Below, piece by piece: positions 24,171 through 31,399 of a stretch of DNA of 33,226 nucleotides. Under the pieces are notes generated by a model that saw only the letters and a list, made by a program, of their open reading frames with translations, was not told the origin of the DNA and did no database searches. Source of the stretch: Clostridiales bacterium (GTDB lineage: Bacteria; Bacillota; Clostridia; Lachnospirales; CAG-274). The stretch is taken from positions 2,185 to 35,410 of the forward strand of contig JAJQCI010000255.1 of assembly GCA_021202835.1 (NCBI GenBank), read 5' to 3'. Positions within the stretch are counted from its first letter, which is position 1; every line of letters begins with the position of its first letter. The position numbers were made by a program, and so were the translations under genes.

Positions 24171-25277
24171 ATGACAGAGGTACTTATAACGGGTTACCAC
24201 GGATACGGCAATTACGGCGACGAAGCCACTCTTTTGGCCATAAAAGAGGGCATTGAGAAAATGAATCTTGACGTCAGAATTACCGCTCTGTCTTATGACC
24301 CGGAATTTACAAAAACCGAATATGGAATAAACGCCGTACAGAGATTTAACGTTTTCAAGGTGTTTTGGGCAGTGTTTAAGAGTAAGGTTGTTGTTTCCGG
24401 AGGGGGAACCCTTCTTCAGGATATTTCAAGCACACGTTCTCTTTTCTATTATCTGGGAATAATCAAGCTGTCAAAGCTCTTAGGCAAAAAGGTTATGGTG
24501 TATGCAAACGGAATAGGCCCCGTAAACAAGGAGTCTAACCGAAGGCTTATAGGAAAGATTGTCAACAAGGCCGACATTATAACCCTGAGAGAAGAGCCCT
24601 CTCTTAACGATTTGGTAAGTATGGGGGTTACAAAACCGCCCACCTACGTTACCGCCGACCCGGCCTTCAATCTCACTGCGGAGTCTGCCGAAAGGGCGGA
24701 AAGAATTCTCTCCTGCGAGGGAATTCCCACTGACAAGCCTATTGTGGGCGTAGCCGTAAGAGACTGGAAAAAGGCTAAGTTCGGCGAGGAATATATAAGA
24801 GAAATCGCCATAGCCTGCGACGGGCTTATAAGAGGGGGAAACACTGTTCTCTTTATACCCATGCAGTATAAAACAGACTCTGAATTTTCACGAAAGGTTA
24901 TGAGCTGTATGGAAGAGGAGGGCTATATTCTCAAACAGCCCTATAAGCCCAAGGAAATTATGGCTGTTTTCGGCCGGCTTAAGCTGACAATAGGTATGAG
25001 GCTTCACGCCCTTATTTTCAGCAGTGTTGAAAACGTGCCTATGCTGGGCATAATCTACGACCCTAAGGTTGAATATTATCTTGACGTTTTGGGAATGGAC
25101 AAGGCGGCGGATATAAGAGAAGAAAGGCTTTTGGGGGCGGATATTGTAAGGCTGGCGGATAATATTTTTAATAACTATGATGAACACAAAAAGCTTTTGA
25201 AGAGCAGAACGGCGCCGCTTTTGGCTAAGGCTAAAAAGAACGATAAGTTTTTAAAGGAACTTATTAAAAAAGCATAA
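24171..25277 (+). CDS. csaB: Polysaccharide pyruvyl transferase CsaB
   Basis: ITGYHGYGNYGDEATLLAI...SGGGTLLQDISSTRSLFYYLGII...ANGIGPV...ADPAF follows the CsaB family pattern. Confidence 0.85.
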   Translation: MTEVLITGYHGYGNYGDEATLLAIKEGIEKMNLDVRITALSYDPEFTKTEYGINAVQRFNVFKVFWAVFKSKVVVSGGGTLLQDISSTRSLFYYLGIIKLSKLLGKKVMVYANGIGPVNKESNRRLIGKIVNKADIITLREEPSLNDLVSMGVTKPPTYVTADPAFNLTAESAERAERILSCEGIPTDKPIVGVAVRDWKKAKFGEEYIREIAIACDGLIRGGNTVLFIPMQYKTDSEFSRKVMSCMEEEGYILKQPYKPKEIMAVFGRLKLTIGMRLHALIFSSVENVPMLGIIYDPKVEYYLDVLGMDKAADIREERLLGADIVRLADNIFNNYDEHKKLLKSRTAPLLAKAKKNDKFLKELIKKA

Positions 25278-25294
25278 GCAGGAGAGGAGACAAT

Positions 25295-26104
25295 ATGGCA
25301 GGAATTTGTACTATTATGGGCGTACCCTTTAACAACATAAGCATGACAGAGGCTATGGGTATAATATTACTTAATTTAAAGGAAAGAAAACAAACTGTTA
25401 TATATACGCCGAACCCGGAGATGGTTATGGCGGCTCAAAAGGACAAGAAGTTTATGCAGGTTTTAAATGATGCCGACTTGCTTCTTCCCGACGGAATAGG
25501 GGTAGTGAAGGCGTCTAAGTTCTATCACAACCCCATTAAGGAGAGGGTAGCCGGCTGTGATCTTATAGAAGAAATTTTTTCAAGAATAAAAACAAGCATA
25601 AACACGGTCTATTTTTTGGGCGGTGCCGAAGGGGTTGCCGAAAAGGCTAAGCAGAAGATGCAGAGGCGATACAGAGGATTAGGTATCTCAGGCACCCACC
25701 ACGGCTATTTTAAAGACGGTTCTCCCGAAGAAAAGGAGATTTTAGACGAAATAAACAGGCTTAACCCCGAGGTTCTTCTTGTGGGCTTAGGCTTTCCCAG
25801 ACAGGAAAAATGGATAGCTAAGCACAAAAACGAGCTTAACTCCATCATAATTATAGGCGTAGGAGGCAGCTTTGACGTTTTAAGCGGAAACGTAAAACGT
25901 GCGCCGGAGTTCTACAGAAATCACGGCCTTGAGTGGTTCTACAGGCTTGTTACCCAGCCTACAAGATTCAAAAGAATGCTTGTTTTGCCTGTGTTTATGA
26001 TAAGGGCGATAGGGGAAAGATTCGGCGCCAAAATAGAGTTTAAAGGCGACAGGGTAACTATAAAGAAAATTGAAGGAAAAAAGAAAAAAACTAAGAGGAA
26101 GTAA
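25295..26104 (+). CDS. tagA: WecB/TagA/CpsF-family glycosyltransferase (ManNAc transferase-like) with a poly-Lys C-terminal tail
   Basis: GVPFNNISMTEAM...IYTPNPEMVM.A.....F..VLN.ADLLLPDGIGVV...GGAEGVAEKA...G.HHGYF........I...IN...PEVLLVGLGFPRQEKW...GVGGSFDVLSG...RAP......GLEW.YRL..QP.R. The tail is KKIEGKKKKTKRK. Confidence 0.85.
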   Translation: MAGICTIMGVPFNNISMTEAMGIILLNLKERKQTVIYTPNPEMVMAAQKDKKFMQVLNDADLLLPDGIGVVKASKFYHNPIKERVAGCDLIEEIFSRIKTSINTVYFLGGAEGVAEKAKQKMQRRYRGLGISGTHHGYFKDGSPEEKEILDEINRLNPEVLLVGLGFPRQEKWIAKHKNELNSIIIIGVGGSFDVLSGNVKRAPEFYRNHGLEWFYRLVTQPTRFKRMLVLPVFMIRAIGERFGAKIEFKGDRVTIKKIEGKKKKTKRK

Positions 26105-26106
26105 AA

Positions 26107-26952
26107 ATGGAAGCATGGGTTTTGCTTGTTGTTTTATATGGAATTTTAAAGGGCATGAGGGACCTTTTTAAGAAAAAAGCTCTTGAAAAAAGCGAGGTTA
26201 TGGAGGTTTTGTTCTTCTTCTCACTCCTCGCTTTTTTGTTTGTCAGCCCGAGCGCAGGGGAGGCCCTGAAGCTTGAGAAGGGCTATATTTGGCTTATCGC
26301 CCTTAAAACATTTTTTGTTTTCAGTGCGTGGATATGCGGCTTCAGAGCCTTGACGAAAATTCCGGTGAGTCTTTACGGCGTTTTGGACTTGTCGGGGGTT
26401 TTGTTTTCAACCTTTATGGGAGTGGGGCTTTTGAATGAAAGCCTTTCCGTTAACCAGATTATAGGCCTTTGTATCGTTCTTGTGGGTTTGATTTTGGTAA
26501 ACTACAGAAAAAACGAATCCGGCGACAAGGCAAAGGCAAAATATGTTTTTCTTGCCATTTTAAGCTGTGTTTTAAACGCTTCAAGCGGCGTTATGGACAA
26601 GGTTTTAATGAGATATATGGAAAGCAGTCAGCTCCAGTTTTGGTTTATGCTCCTTATGCTTATATTCTACGGCGTTTACATAGTTGTCACAAAAACAAAG
26701 ATAAGCCTGAAATCCGTTTATAAAAATTATTGGATTCTTCTCGTTGCCCTGACTCTTGTAATAGGTGACAGAGCCTTGTTTTATGCCAACGCCGCAGAGG
26801 GCAGCAGCGTTTCCGCTATGACGCTTATAAAGCAGTCGGCTTGTTTTATAACAATTTTAGGCGGCAAATTTATTTTTAAAGAAGAAAACATATTAAAGAG
26901 GCTGCTTTGTGCGGCGCTTATATTGGTGGGAATTTTTATTTCCGTTGTGTAA
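26107..26952 (+). CDS. EamA/DMT-family transporter
   Basis: Ten hydrophobic segments in a duplicated 5+5 arrangement over 281 aa. Confidence 0.75.
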   Translation: MEAWVLLVVLYGILKGMRDLFKKKALEKSEVMEVLFFFSLLAFLFVSPSAGEALKLEKGYIWLIALKTFFVFSAWICGFRALTKIPVSLYGVLDLSGVLFSTFMGVGLLNESLSVNQIIGLCIVLVGLILVNYRKNESGDKAKAKYVFLAILSCVLNASSGVMDKVLMRYMESSQLQFWFMLLMLIFYGVYIVVTKTKISLKSVYKNYWILLVALTLVIGDRALFYANAAEGSSVSAMTLIKQSACFITILGGKFIFKEENILKRLLCAALILVGIFISVV

Positions 26953-26962
26953 GGAGGGGCAT

Positions 26963-27325
26963 ATGAAAATAAAAAGGGCTGTTATTTTAATCACAGCGGT
27001 TTTTAGCCTGACTGCCTGCGGCTCTTCCGAAAGGGAGTTTAATATTGCCGAGGCAGGAAGCTGGCTTGACGGTATATATACCACAACGGCCGAAGGCAAA
27101 AACGGCAGCTTTGACATTTCCGTGAAAATAGAAAACGGCGAAATCGCAGAAATTAACGCAGAAAACAACGATGAAACAGAGGATATAGGAAAAGCCGCTA
27201 TAATTGAGCTTTCGAAGAAAATGACAGAAGAACAGACCTGTGATGTTGATGCTGTTTCGGGAGCAACTGTTTCATCGGAAGCCTTGAAGAAGGCTGTGGC
27301 CAGATGTCTTGAGCTTGCGTCTTAA
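26963..27325 (+). CDS. Lipoprotein with an FMN_bind domain and a flavinylation motif
   Basis: SD AAGGAGGGG before ATG 26963. The lipobox is VFSLTAC. The FMN_bind pattern is DGIYTTTAEGKNGSFDISVKIENGEIAEI...DETEDIGKAA...VDAVSGATVSSEALKKAV, and the D-A-V-S-G-A-T motif is encoded at 27248-27268. The ORF-track start at 26909 overlaps the EamA gene and lacks an SD. Confidence 0.8.
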   Translation: MKIKRAVILITAVFSLTACGSSEREFNIAEAGSWLDGIYTTTAEGKNGSFDISVKIENGEIAEINAENNDETEDIGKAAIIELSKKMTEEQTCDVDAVSGATVSSEALKKAVARCLELAS

Positions 27326-27369
27326 GTCGGCCGGTGATAATGAGAATGTGTTTTTTATGAGGGCGGAAT

Positions 27370-28362
27370 ATGAAAATAAATGAACTCAGAAATCTTTTGG
27401 CAGAAAGCCGGGAGGAAAGCATAAAAAAAGCCTTTGCGGAATGTTATAAGGCCCTGCCAAAGGCAAAAAAGGAAGAAATTGACGGCCTGCTGACAGATAT
27501 ATTAAAGGGCAGCGATGTTAAAAAGGCCAAAAAGAAAAATCAGACTGTTGACTTCGGGGAGCTAAGCGTCGAAATCGATACATTTATGGAATATGCCTAT
27601 GCGGATCTATATTTTGCTCCCAACAAAATTGTGCCGAGGGCTCAGAGGTCAAAGTGGAGATTTACTGTCAAGGGTTTTGTCAAGGCTCTTACGGCGGTAA
27701 AAGAGGAAGATGAAAGCTTCGGCGCTGCGGCGGAATATTTGTTTAAGCTCTATGAGCTTCTTTGTTACGGCTGCGGCTATTATGTTTTTTCGTCAACAGA
27801 CACTTTCCGCTCTGTGGGAATTCCTCAGGAAGAGTTTCTTGAAATGGTTGTAAGCAGAAAGCTGGCGGCGGAGGGATATACAAAGGAAAATCTTGAAAGA
27901 CTTATTTGGCTGGGAGCGGCCTGTTTGGTAAGCTCTGAGAACCTAAATGAGGATTTGCTTTGTGTTGTTGCCGATAAGCTAAAAACCTCCGATTCAAAAT
28001 ATATTGCCATAGAAGCGGCAAGGGCTCTTATAGAAACAGGGGCCGCCGATGAGCTTACTGAAAAATCGTCAAATCCTCAGACTTATGATGTTGAATACGG
28101 CAAAAACCGGGCGGCGCTTTTTATTCTTCACCTTGCTGTGCTGTTGGGAGAAACGGAGAGCTATGTGGCCTATTACTTTTCAGCCTATAAAAGCCGCAAT
28201 AAGGAATATACCCTTTCAAGAGCTTTGTGGAGAATCAAAGATTTCGGAACTGACAGAGACTGGATAACAGTTTATGAATATGCTGTTAAAAAGATTAAGG
28301 TTAAGCCCGCAGAACACCTTAAAAAAGAATATAATGAGCTTAAATCAAAAATGAAGGCATAA
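27370..28362 (+). CDS. Hypothetical helical cytoplasmic protein (330 aa)
   Basis: Last gene of the operon, with no TM segment or signal peptide. The N-terminus (ELRNLLAESREESIKKAFAECYKALPKAKKEEI) vaguely resembles my recollection of DUF6155-type proteins; this is a low-confidence family guess. Confidence 0.65.
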   Translation: MKINELRNLLAESREESIKKAFAECYKALPKAKKEEIDGLLTDILKGSDVKKAKKKNQTVDFGELSVEIDTFMEYAYADLYFAPNKIVPRAQRSKWRFTVKGFVKALTAVKEEDESFGAAAEYLFKLYELLCYGCGYYVFSSTDTFRSVGIPQEEFLEMVVSRKLAAEGYTKENLERLIWLGAACLVSSENLNEDLLCVVADKLKTSDSKYIAIEAARALIETGAADELTEKSSNPQTYDVEYGKNRAALFILHLAVLLGETESYVAYYFSAYKSRNKEYTLSRALWRIKDFGTDRDWITVYEYAVKKIKVKPAEHLKKEYNELKSKMKA

Positions 28363-28399
28363 GACGGCGTTTTATTATTAAATAAGAAAAACAGAATTT

Positions 28400-28448
28400 C
28401 CCCTCGGGTTTCGGCTGAGTTCAGCTTGAAAACGGAGGGGTTTTATTT
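28400..28448 (+). terminator. Terminator-like structure ending the envelope operon
   Basis: CCCCTC (28400-28405) pairs with GAGGGG (28435-28440) and is followed by TTTTATTTT. The loop is large and contains an internal GCTGA-gt-TCAGC hairpin. Confidence 0.5.
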
Positions 28449-28455
28449 TCCCACA

Positions 28456-28480
28456 AAGGTATACTTTAGTAATCATAGCA
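28456..28480 (+). repeat. Direct repeat, copy 1 (core GTATACTTTAGTA)
   Basis: AAGGTATACTTTAGTAATCATAGCA. The 13-nt core at 28459-28471 is identical to 28577-28589. Confidence 0.6.
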
Positions 28481-28573
28481 ACAATATACAAACTTACAAT
28501 TTTATTATACCCTGCTTTTTGTGCGAAAGTCAATAAAAAAATCAAAAAATTTTTTTAAAATCGTGAGTTCATT

Positions 28574-28600
28574 AAAGTATACTTTAGTAGCCATAACTGC
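28574..28600 (+). repeat. Direct repeat, copy 2 (core GTATACTTTAGTA)
   Basis: AAAGTATACTTTAGTAGCCATAACTGC, 118 nt downstream of copy 1. The flank also matches partly ((A/G)(T/C)CATA(G/A)C). Confidence 0.6.
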
Positions 28601-28866
28601 CATTTTTTTGGCAGGCAAGATTTCCGGAAATTGGAGGTGCAAAACAATAAGATTTTATGCAGGATGGTAAAGCAGCCCGTTTATTATTTTTTAATAAGGG
28701 GATCAGGGATTTTGCCTATATGAACGGACGGAGCATAAAATCATCGGGGAGGGGCAATTGAAATTTACGAAATTATTTTAATTACTGCATTGGCTTAAGA
28801 CGCTCCGAGGGCGGAAATGGCTTGTTTAAAACAGGCTCCGTATACGCTGTAGGGGTGTTTGAGGTT

Positions 28867-28916
28867 TAATTACATGCAGTTTTTTGTGTAATTGTTTAAA
28901 GCGAAGCAATTACACA
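28867..28916 (+). promoter_or_regulatory. Leader element with mutually exclusive hairpins just upstream of the SD of the second giant gene
   Basis: TGTGTAATTG (28885-28894) is the perfect complement of CAATTACACA (28907-28916). It can alternatively pair with AATTACA at 28868-28874. The SD AAGGAGG at 28921-28927 follows. Confidence 0.4.
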
Positions 28917-28936
28917 ATGAAAGGAGGAAAAAACAA

Positions 28937-31399
28937 GTGAAGAAAGCTTTAAAAAGGGTTTTAAGTACGGTTCTGTCATCTGTAATGGTACTTTCCTGCG
29001 TCGCAGTTACAAATGTTACTTCCGTTTTGGCTTCAACCTACACCTACACCCCGTCGGCAAGCTCAGATACTCTTTATACCGGTGATTCGTTTACTTCGAT
29101 AAGCGGTATTTTGACAACAGCAATTGCGGCACCTTCCGCTACATTCAGTGATGGCGCTATCAGATTTAGCTACAGTAATACTTCAGCAAATCTGGTGGCA
29201 GACGGAACTACAACAACAGGTACAAATGTCAGACTGTTCATAGAAGCAACACCCAGTAAAACAGGTGAATTGACATTTACAACGTCAATCGGTACCTCCG
29301 GAAGGGATATTTATATTTTGGAAAAAACCGGTACCGGAGATACGACTGCAGACAAGACCGAAAATCCGGAAAAGTATTATGACACCTATACAGCTATAGC
29401 TCATGAAACTATCGGCTCCGGTTCGTCTACAACAATATCGGGTGAGGTTACAAAAGGCGTAACATATTATTATGCGTCAAAGGCAACAACGCCTAATGCA
29501 ACAGAAATCTCATTTACAGAAGCATTCGGTACATACACCTTCAGCGGAGATTACGGCAGCGGCAACAGCTATACGGATTCATTTACGCTGACTGATGAAG
29601 ACAACAACAGCTATACGGCTGAATATTCAGCGACTTCAGGCGGCTATGTTTTAACCATCAGCGATATATATGCCGACACATACGCAAAGGGCGACACCTT
29701 TACCGTAACAGCTCCCACAGGCTTTACCGCCAGCACGGACGTTCTTACTGTTGACACAATAACGGCTTCGGGCTCTACGGCAAAGGGCTATACCTATACG
29801 GCTTCATTCGTTGAAAGCCTTGCCTTTGCGCCTATAAGCTATACAACAGACTATACCTTTACAGGCAGCACGGCCGACAATGAATATACGGGAAATGTAA
29901 CGCTTACAAACAGCGCTAAGGCTATTTCTCTTTCAATTCCCGTTACGGCAGGAGAAAGCAGCTTCAGCTCCGACAAAACCCTCAGCAATGATCTTGTATT
30001 CGAAGAAGGCGACGAATATACTGTTTCAATAAGCGCAAGCGGCTATACTTCGGCAGGCAGCAGCACACTTACAATAGACAGTATTACGGCAGGTTCTTCT
30101 TCAAGCGATCCGACTCTTGTTTCATTCGACGGAACTATCTGTTATTTAAAGGACGAATTTGACTACAGTGTAAGCGCAGGTCTTACTGTTGACGGCCAGT
30201 CTGAATTTTCGTCTGACAGCTATTCCTTCGGAGACTTTACACTTACAAAGGACGGAACTGACTACACGGCTTCTGTTTCCGCAGTGGCCGGCAGTGACTC
30301 CGGAGTAGTTTATGTTTTGGAAGCGGATTTTACAGCGGCCAGAAATACCATAAGTGCAGGGGACACATTTACCCTGACGGTTCCCTCGGGCTATGACGGC
30401 CCCGACACTGTTACTGTTGAATCTGTTACCGAAACAAGCTTAGGCGTATATGATGTTGTTTTGGAGGATATTGCCTTAGAAACTCACATTACATATACAT
30501 ATAAGCCTTCGGCAAACGAGATGAGCCACAGCTATTCGTCAGGCTCTACCGTAGGCGGTATCGACACAACATACCTTGATATTAAGCCGGCCTCCGACAC
30601 AAAGGTTAAGGTATATTACAGCGGCTCATACTATTTCAGTGTTGAAAGCAGCACGATAGATTCCGACATGATTTTAAACGGCAGATATACGACTGCAACA
30701 GGCCTGAGAGTTCTCTATGCAATTACTCCCCAGATAACAGGCGACTTAACCGTTACAACAAATTCTTCATATACAGACGAAGGCGACGACGGCTATATTG
30801 CTGTTTTAAACAGTGACGGAAGCTATACTGTTTTAGGCGTAATAAGAGGCAGCTCATCCAACTACGAAAAGAACGTAACAGCTTCTGTTGAAGCAGGCAC
30901 AACATATTATTTTATTTCAGCAGGGTCAATCCCCGATTTATATTCGGTAACAATCGACCAGGCCGATTTAACAACAAAGGCATATACATTAACAGGCTCT
31001 TTGGGCAGTGATAATGAATATGACGGAGACTTTGCCGTTACAGGCAGCGACAGCTGTTATTACACAGCCACAGCCTACAAGGACAGCGGCTATTATACAA
31101 TTAATGCGGCGGCGGCTTTAAACGGCGGCTTAGACGGCTCGGAATTCTCAATAGATTATTCCGACTTCTATACAGCCGAACCCGAAACAGTGACGGCGGC
31201 TTATGACGACTCGGCCGACTCTTACACTCTGACAAGCGGCCTTGTTATTAAGGAAGCTTTCTCGGGAACATATACATATAATCCCGAAGTGACAGACACT
31301 GTATATTCAGCCGGAAGTGCTCTGCCTACAAATACAGACTATTTGACAGTGGTTGTAGGCGTGGACGATACATCGGGATATTCTTCAGCATATATATGA
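28937..31399 (+). CDS. Second giant surface protein, N-terminal segment (signal peptide plus D and S modules)
   Basis: GTG 28937 lies 9 nt after GGAGG and opens the signal peptide VKKALKRVLSTVLSSVMVLSCVAVTNVTSVLA/S. The protein is acidic and T/S/Y/G-rich, with repeated modules carrying the G(S/D)xNEY signature. The frame closes at TGA 31397-31399 in the middle of a module. Confidence 0.85.
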   Translation: MKKALKRVLSTVLSSVMVLSCVAVTNVTSVLASTYTYTPSASSDTLYTGDSFTSISGILTTAIAAPSATFSDGAIRFSYSNTSANLVADGTTTTGTNVRLFIEATPSKTGELTFTTSIGTSGRDIYILEKTGTGDTTADKTENPEKYYDTYTAIAHETIGSGSSTTISGEVTKGVTYYYASKATTPNATEISFTEAFGTYTFSGDYGSGNSYTDSFTLTDEDNNSYTAEYSATSGGYVLTISDIYADTYAKGDTFTVTAPTGFTASTDVLTVDTITASGSTAKGYTYTASFVESLAFAPISYTTDYTFTGSTADNEYTGNVTLTNSAKAISLSIPVTAGESSFSSDKTLSNDLVFEEGDEYTVSISASGYTSAGSSTLTIDSITAGSSSSDPTLVSFDGTICYLKDEFDYSVSAGLTVDGQSEFSSDSYSFGDFTLTKDGTDYTASVSAVAGSDSGVVYVLEADFTAARNTISAGDTFTLTVPSGYDGPDTVTVESVTETSLGVYDVVLEDIALETHITYTYKPSANEMSHSYSSGSTVGGIDTTYLDIKPASDTKVKVYYSGSYYFSVESSTIDSDMILNGRYTTATGLRVLYAITPQITGDLTVTTNSSYTDEGDDGYIAVLNSDGSYTVLGVIRGSSSNYEKNVTASVEAGTTYYFISAGSIPDLYSVTIDQADLTTKAYTLTGSLGSDNEYDGDFAVTGSDSCYYTATAYKDSGYYTINAAAALNGGLDGSEFSIDYSDFYTAEPETVTAAYDDSADSYTLTSGLVIKEAFSGTYTYNPEVTDTVYSAGSALPTNTDYLTVVVGVDDTSGYSSAYI

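Noticed and set aside
26035-26104. The poly-Lys tail of TagA (KKIEGKKKKTKRK) as a separate functional element.
   Set aside because: TagA enzymes are known to use a C-terminal appendage for membrane association. A basic tail is consistent with that and does not need a new explanation.
11371-28267. Minus-strand and alternative-frame ORFs overlapping the housekeeping and envelope genes (for example 12114..12398-, 13793..14041-, 15449..15853-, 16327..16605-, 17305..17535+, 18451..18753-, 21325..21654-, 24888..25187-, 26469..26723+, 28049..28267+).
   Set aside because: Each is fully embedded in a longer ORF with clear family-level similarity on the + strand. They lack ribosome-binding sites and have odd compositions.
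28600-28880. A c-di-GMP (GEMM-I/II) or other known riboswitch in the long leader of the second giant gene.
   Set aside because: I could not find the conserved cores I remember, such as GGCAAAC...GACGCAAAGC for GEMM-I. Only GACGCTCCGAGGGCGG is present. This needs an Infernal/Rfam scan, and I make no claim.
28892-28936. The TTG start at 28892 (ORF track) for the second giant gene, and the start at 26909 for the FMN_bind lipoprotein.
   Set aside because: The extensions add non-signal-peptide residues and lack an SD. GTG 28937 and ATG 26963 are each preceded by GGAGG at proper spacing and open directly into a signal peptide or lipobox.
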